From positions 168,693 to 232,692 of IMG/VR virus record IMGVR_UViG_3300020471_000004: a DNA stretch of 64,000 nt, one strand, 5' to 3'. The first letter of the stretch is position 1. Each line of letters opens with the position of its first letter. The notes beneath the pieces are model-generated. The model ran no database searches. It was not told where the DNA came from and worked only from the letters and a program-made list of their open reading frames with translations. Positions 59,420 through 64,000 of this stretch are shown here, one piece after another. The translations under genes were made by a program, and so were the position numbers.

Positions 59420-59905
59420 CTAGTCCTCTTTTGTAGGGACGTCAAACAGCGCTCTTTCGCTATGCTCCATTATGTATGCAAGTCTACTGAATTCAGCAAT
59501 GTATTTGTTTTTAAGTAAATCTTTTTCAGGCACTCTCATACCTATGTAGTAAGACTTAGGCTTCCAGTCTACGTTACACCATTCGTGTACTCTTCCTTTG
59601 TGTACATTAAAGCTATGCTGCATAAGGTCCCAACGTCCTTTAGAGTCTTTGAATACATAGTATCCGATATAAACGTCTTGACCTGCGGCTTTGTGAACAG
59701 TGGTAGCGTATTTGGTAGTATCTGTAGCAGGATATTTAGCTACTCTTTTACCTTTAGGTATAATAGGTAACTTGTAAAGTCGCGCACGGATATCCTGCAT
59801 GTGGCTGTAACGTTTTTCTAAACTATCAATAACGTCCGCAGGTAAAGCAAGCGGCTTAGGATGCTTAGATACACTTTCGCTTATTAAGTCTAGAATAATT
59901 TCCAT
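59420..59905 (-). CDS. probable virion (head) protein
   Basis: start MEIILDLISES coupled to the tmk stop. Confidence 0.5.
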   Translation of the reverse strand: MEIILDLISESVSKHPKPLALPADVIDSLEKRYSHMQDIRARLYKLPIIPKGKRVAKYPATDTTKYATTVHKAAGQDVYIGYYVFKDSKGRWDLMQHSFNVHKGRVHEWCNVDWKPKSYYIGMRVPEKDLLKNKYIAEFSRLAYIMEHSERALFDVPTKED

Positions 59906-60579
59906 TAGCGTACCTTTGTTAGAACCCAATTAAGTACGGTAGCAGTTACTTCATCAGGTTCTTTATCAGAAGTATCAACATACAAGTGGTTAGACTCTGT
60001 TATCAGCTCCCTCACCTTAAAGCTAGACAAAGCAGTTCGGTATGCCTCTGAAAGTCGGTCACCGTCATCAAAAGCTTTTTCGATTTGGTCATCTGTGCTG
60101 TCTTGTGCCTGCCTTTCATTGTTAGCAATAGCGAGTTGTTTACGCTTGTGTGCGTTTTGACCGTCTACATCTAGAATGATGTAGTTTACCTGGATGCCTG
60201 CCTGTTTAAATCTATTAAACAAATATTTGCGAGAAGCAAAGAAGAGTTCGTAAAGATCACTCTTGGTATAAATGCACTGGTAAGCATAGGTAGATAAATC
60301 AAACCTGTCTGTTACCCAAACCCGGCTAGAGTCTTGGCTTGACTGTACCATGCGATCAACAAGCAGCGCTCTAGAAAACCACATACCAAAGAACATGCTA
60401 GTGTTATCTACAGGATTGGTTTTTAGAAAAGTTCTAACCTGCTCTCCGAATTCTGTTCCGCCAGGCTCCCGAAACATTGCTGTGTTGTACTTTAAGCCAG
60501 TCAGAGTCTGGTGTATCGCCTCTGCGCATCCTGATTTACCTGAATATTCAGGTCCTTCTACTACAAAAATCTGTTTCAT
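59905..60579 (-). CDS. tmk: thymidylate kinase
   Basis: VEGPEYSGKS P-loop, REPGG, DRF..STYAYQ, ILDVD. Confidence 0.9.
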   Translation of the reverse strand: MKQIFVVEGPEYSGKSGCAEAIHQTLTGLKYNTAMFREPGGTEFGEQVRTFLKTNPVDNTSMFFGMWFSRALLVDRMVQSSQDSSRVWVTDRFDLSTYAYQCIYTKSDLYELFFASRKYLFNRFKQAGIQVNYIILDVDGQNAHKRKQLAIANNERQAQDSTDDQIEKAFDDGDRLSEAYRTALSSFKVRELITESNHLYVDTSDKEPDEVTATVLNWVLTKVR

Positions 60580-61241
60580 TATTCAAACCACGCATGTTCT
60601 GCACTGATAGTACGCTCAGGGCCTAGCTTTTTAGTATTAGGATCCTCTATACGTACTTTTATTTTCTTACCGCTGAAGTCAACACCAATAAGCATACCTT
60701 GATATTGCTTATTAGGGCCTATTAAAATTGTTTTGTTAAAGTTCGACTGTGCCGAGCGAGTCTTTTTAGGATTGAAGTAAATAGACTTCAAATTCTCTGC
60801 ACGTTTAATATGTGCAATACACCATTCGCGAGCCTGTTTGACAAAATCATCAGGTATGCGGTAAATGTCTAGGTTACAAAGAAAAGCCTGAATAGCAGGT
60901 TCTTTATCTTCAAACATATAACTCATAGGTTCTGCAAGTTTAGGGCTTGAACGGGTCACCATGTAACGACTTGAGCCTAATCGGTTTAAAGTAGTAACAC
61001 TATTAGAAAGTTTGCTCTTGTACGTCAATCGATACAGTTTGTTAGCATCTGAACCTGTGTCATTAGAGTCTAGCAACCAAGAAAGGCTTACATTACCAAA
61101 CTGAGTGTTGTCTATAGGTATAGGACTACCTTCACGCTGCGCTCTCTTTTTTCCGAAAGTTCTTACATAGCTGCTCTTTGGTCTTATCGCTGAACTAGAT
61201 GCAAGCTCTTTGGCTTTAGATAAGTTTATAAATATTCGCAT
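60579..61241 (-). CDS. basic protein, probable head protein
   Basis: MRIFINLS...LASSSA leader; AAGGT SD. Confidence 0.55.
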   Translation of the reverse strand: MRIFINLSKAKELASSSAIRPKSSYVRTFGKKRAQREGSPIPIDNTQFGNVSLSWLLDSNDTGSDANKLYRLTYKSKLSNSVTTLNRLGSSRYMVTRSSPKLAEPMSYMFEDKEPAIQAFLCNLDIYRIPDDFVKQAREWCIAHIKRAENLKSIYFNPKKTRSAQSNFNKTILIGPNKQYQGMLIGVDFSGKKIKVRIEDPNTKKLGPERTISAEHAWFE

Positions 61242-61274
61242 AACTGTACCTTATATTGCTATGCAGTTAAATTA

Positions 61275-61625
61275 TTACCACAGATCTTTTAGCGCCCAAT
61301 AGGCTGCTTGAAACTTGTCTTTATAAGCCGGTGTTCCATCTTTCTTTAGGATAGCTTTGTGGCGTTTATGATATCTGTCTCTACGATCTTTATCCTTGTG
61401 CGTAGTGTAATCTTCGTAGTCTTTGTTACCATACTTTACAAGTTTGAATCGATTACCTTTCTTAGCAAGCACACAACGCTTGTGTTTAGAGCCAGTAGGA
61501 TTGTCTATTGGTTTATTCCAAGCTGTAAACTTCATTCCTTTATACTCTAACTTCTTACCGTTTTTTGTAACCTTATCTAAGGGTTGCCCTTCGGAATCTC
61601 CGCTTAGACTTAGGAATATTTTCAT
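61275..61625 (-). CDS. small basic protein (DUF5754-like)
   Basis: LVKYG..DYEDYTTHKD..RR.RY..RH...AAYWA...LW. Confidence 0.55.
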   Translation of the reverse strand: MKIFLSLSGDSEGQPLDKVTKNGKKLEYKGMKFTAWNKPIDNPTGSKHKRCVLAKKGNRFKLVKYGNKDYEDYTTHKDKDRRDRYHKRHKAILKKDGTPAYKDKFQAAYWALKDLW

Positions 61626-62388
61626 AAAGTTGCTCTCTATTTCGTTTCTTTTGAATAGACATTTGCACAGCAGGATCCTTTAGGCGTTGTTTGTAGCTGC
61701 TTGAAGGAAACTTTTTCAAGTACTCTGCTTGCTGGTGTGCATCAAAGGTATAAAGAAAAGTATTTTCATCAACACTTGCGTCAAACTTGTAATCGTCTCT
61801 AAGTACGATTCCGCCTTTATGCGGGTTAAGGTTAGCAACACACAGACCGCCTCGCCAGGCAAGTTTGGTAATTAACCATCTGCGTTTATCCCCTGCAACT
61901 TTACGTCTTCGGGCACTTACCTTATTGTTTAACCAAACTTTAAGTTCTTTCTTGCCGTCCACTACTTGAATAGTAGGCTCTACTTTGTTGTTGCTGTCTA
62001 GACTTGTATATTTATAGGTCAGTACTAACAGTCCAACTTTGTGTTCCTTGCATTGGTCTACAATGAATTGACCTTTATCAGATTCATAAAGCCATTCAGG
62101 AATACAAAAATACATTTTGTTGCAGTAATCTAAATAGCTAGTCCATTTGGAATCTGAGGCGAAGTCTGCCCAGCAGCTTTTTACTTCCGTGAATATTATT
62201 TCACCTTTCATGTTGATAGCAACAAGGTCAGCCCTTGCACCTTTAACTTTTGATACGCCAACTTCTTGGTAAACTGAAAAATTCTTGGCAGCAAAGTAGC
62301 GTACACATGCTTCTGTACTCTTTGCTGTTATTTCTTTTCGTCCGAATATCTTTTGGATATTAACAGACTTGTTCTTTTTATCTGTCAT
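61573..62388 (-). CDS. mmcB: MmcB-family PD-(D/E)XK nuclease
   Basis: EV...RADLVA..KGEI...EVKS..ADF.SD.KW..YLDYC...YF. Confidence 0.8.
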   Translation of the reverse strand: MTDKKNKSVNIQKIFGRKEITAKSTEACVRYFAAKNFSVYQEVGVSKVKGARADLVAINMKGEIIFTEVKSCWADFASDSKWTSYLDYCNKMYFCIPEWLYESDKGQFIVDQCKEHKVGLLVLTYKYTSLDSNNKVEPTIQVVDGKKELKVWLNNKVSARRRKVAGDKRRWLITKLAWRGGLCVANLNPHKGGIVLRDDYKFDASVDENTFLYTFDAHQQAEYLKKFPSSSYKQRLKDPAVQMSIQKKRNREQLYENIPKSKRRFRRATLR

Positions 62389-62407
62389 ACATACAAATTA
62401 GCGTAGG

Positions 62408-62821
62408 CTAACCTGCACGAACAACGTAGACTATTCGAACATCGTTCGTGACTTGATCAAGAGGGAGATAGCCGATAGCGCCTTCATAAGAAGTGACATA
62501 ATCTACTAACTCGCTAGGTCGATCGGCTACGTAAGGGCTTCGGTGAGAATCGATATACAAAATTTTAGACCATATACTTAGCAGTTGCGAGGCTTCTAGC
62601 TCAAGAACTTGAGTATTGAACCTATTAAATACCAGAGGGTCACCAAGTACTGCAACCTTAACAGGAAGATCTATAGTTCTGTAGGTAAGAAGTTCCCCTT
62701 TAAATATTCTAGATATATCCTTTTTAGATATTCGAGAATAGTTCTTTATATTTACGATAACCGCTATGTCTGAGGCAAAACAAGGAACGCACATAAACAA
62801 AAGTATAAACAGAAACTTCAT
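62408..62821 (-). CDS. short exported PBP2-type substrate-binding-like protein
   Basis: signal peptide; AVIVN, I.RIFKG, W, V...GAIGYLP. Confidence 0.65.
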   Translation of the reverse strand: MKFLFILLFMCVPCFASDIAVIVNIKNYSRISKKDISRIFKGELLTYRTIDLPVKVAVLGDPLVFNRFNTQVLELEASQLLSIWSKILYIDSHRSPYVADRPSELVDYVTSYEGAIGYLPLDQVTNDVRIVYVVRAG

Positions 62822-62829
62822 AAGTATCC

Positions 62830-63285
62830 TTAATTACGAATAGGCTCTACGTACTCTCCGGAAACTTCAATCTTTTGCCCTACTATATCTTTCAATCTCA
62901 TAAAGTTTCGCTCTTCTTGTGCGCTAGGTTGGTACTTGATAGAAACGTGAGGCTCGAAGGTAGGGTAGCTGTGATTGAAACCGAAGGTTTTCTTTATTGC
63001 GGCGTGTCTGCGCGTCAGTTGAGGACAGTGTAACTTTAGAACAAGGGCTCTCCATTTATCGCCTGGCTTTCCGAATACATCTATTCCTGATACAGTAGCC
63101 TTGTAAGTACGGTCAGGGCGGCAGCAGCTTTTATACCTATGAATAAGGTCGTTGTCTTTGTCATACATCAAAGTCAGGTGCATATCAGGAATCAAGTTAT
63201 CAAAATAACCGTTGTAGAAGTCTGTTAGTCGCTGTACGCTAAAAGGTTGTACGCGAAGTCCTATGTAGGTGCCAAGTTCCATCAA
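62830..63285 (-). CDS. acb1: 2H phosphoesterase, anti-CBASS Acb1 (T4 57B)-like
   Basis: GTY near N-terminus, HLTLMY, LVLKL...L..RH, HSYPTFEPHVSI.Y, GEYVEP. Confidence 0.75.
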   Translation of the reverse strand: MMELGTYIGLRVQPFSVQRLTDFYNGYFDNLIPDMHLTLMYDKDNDLIHRYKSCCRPDRTYKATVSGIDVFGKPGDKWRALVLKLHCPQLTRRHAAIKKTFGFNHSYPTFEPHVSIKYQPSAQEERNFMRLKDIVGQKIEVSGEYVEPIRN

Positions 63286-63659
63286 AAGTCCTCAAATTTG
63301 CCGACATGTATTGTTTCTAGTTCAATATCTATATGACCAGGTCTATACAGAATTCTTTCAGGTGTAGGTTTACCTGATTGTTTGTGCTGTAAAGAATCGT
63401 AAAGAACTTCTGTTCCGCTCGGATCAAGTACTACCATGTGAGTAGGGCTTTTGTCTTTAATTCTGCTAGGTTTCAAGAGAGCATATTTTAGTTTCTTGCT
63501 AGGATACTTCTTTGCAAAGTTAATTGCATTAGAGTAGCAACTGTTTTTGGCTACTTCTTTTCCGTTCCAAACATCCTGTAACCACAGAATTCTGTCAATA
63601 GGTTTCATGTAAGACTCTGAAATAAGAGCAGAATCTTTACAAGATATTAATATTCGCAT
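63282..63659 (-). CDS. probable head protein, possible Cys-His-Asp fold
   Basis: MRILIS...LISES leader; NSCY.NA...HMVV...YD. Confidence 0.45.
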   Translation of the reverse strand: MRILISCKDSALISESYMKPIDRILWLQDVWNGKEVAKNSCYSNAINFAKKYPSKKLKYALLKPSRIKDKSPTHMVVLDPSGTEVLYDSLQHKQSGKPTPERILYRPGHIDIELETIHVGKFEDF

Positions 63660-63673
63660 AATTTTACCAAGGT

Positions 63674-63691
63674 AGCGGGGTTTCCCCCGCT
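63674..63691 (-). terminator. GC-rich GAAA-tetraloop hairpin
   Basis: minus strand reads AGCGGGG-GAAA-CCCCGCT; no U-tract. Confidence 0.5.
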
Positions 63692-63701
63692 GGTCAAGAG
63701 T

Positions 63702-63998
63702 TTACGAAAAAGCTACGTCTAAATCAGTAGTAGAGTATTCGCGAGAATCAACAAAACCGCCAAGTAGTTTCATATCAGCGTCTGACTCTTCATCGCCTAC
63801 AGTACCTAAATACGATACGTTGGATATTTCTGCTAGAGTAGGTAAGTCTGATTCTGTAACAACATTAGAACCTATATTTCTGTCTAATACCAAGAAAGCA
63901 AACCAAGTAGGCGTGCCTTCATCTATTTGTCTGAACAGTTCTAAACTTTCGCTTAGAGGCCACTGAACAAAGTTATAGTTCGGGAATCGAGGCTGCAT
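63702..63998 (-). CDS. hypothetical protein, possibly truncated by the window edge
   Basis: ORF reaches the end of the window. Confidence 0.4.
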   Translation of the reverse strand: MQPRFPNYNFVQWPLSESLELFRQIDEGTPTWFAFLVLDRNIGSNVVTESDLPTLAEISNVSYLGTVGDEESDADMKLLGGFVDSREYSTTDLDVAFS

Positions 63999-64000
63999 AC

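Noticed and set aside
1-64000. CRISPR array, DGR, transposase, integrase, tRNA or rRNA genes
   Set aside because: No spaced direct repeats, reverse transcriptase, recombinase motifs or cloverleafs seen by eye; subtle cases could be missed without tools.
1-64000. Assignment to a named phage genus or host
   Set aside because: Gene content is reminiscent of 'hairy' jumbo myoviruses, but this cannot be confirmed without TerL/portal phylogeny.

Overview
Gene-dense, AT-rich (about 40% GC by eye) 64 kb segment of a large contractile-tailed (jumbo myovirus-type) bacteriophage, probably infecting a Gram-negative gammaproteobacterium (inferred from the spanins and the SspB- and AcpP-like genes). There are four strand blocks. 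(+) 1-16.5 kb: terminase large subunit, MazG-like protein, probable portal, 5'-3' exonuclease, 2OG-Fe(II) oxygenase, macro-like domain, HslV/proteasome-like peptidase, M15 endolysin. (-) 16.5-46.5 kb: late structural operon with PAAR, gp25, gp6-like and large baseplate proteins, collagen-like, Calx-beta, vWA and Hint-domain fibre proteins, ending in holin/spanin genes. (+) 46.5-56.8 kb: metabolic and host-interaction genes (two ACP-like proteins, dCMP deaminase, SspB, ThyA, DHH phosphoesterase) and a candidate structured ncRNA. (-) 56.8-64 kb: probable internal head proteins, Tmk, MmcB-like nuclease, Acb1-like 2H phosphoesterase. Best candidates for undescribed biology: (1) fibre genes ending in poly-Gly-Cys...His-Asn-Thr Hint modules plus a stand-alone Cys-less Hint gene; (2) a ~270-nt multi-pseudoknot RNA; (3) an ACP pair, one lacking the phosphopantetheine serine (DSL to DEL); (4) a shared N-terminal S-x-S leader on late proteins. 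All assignments are by eye from motifs; no searches were run.
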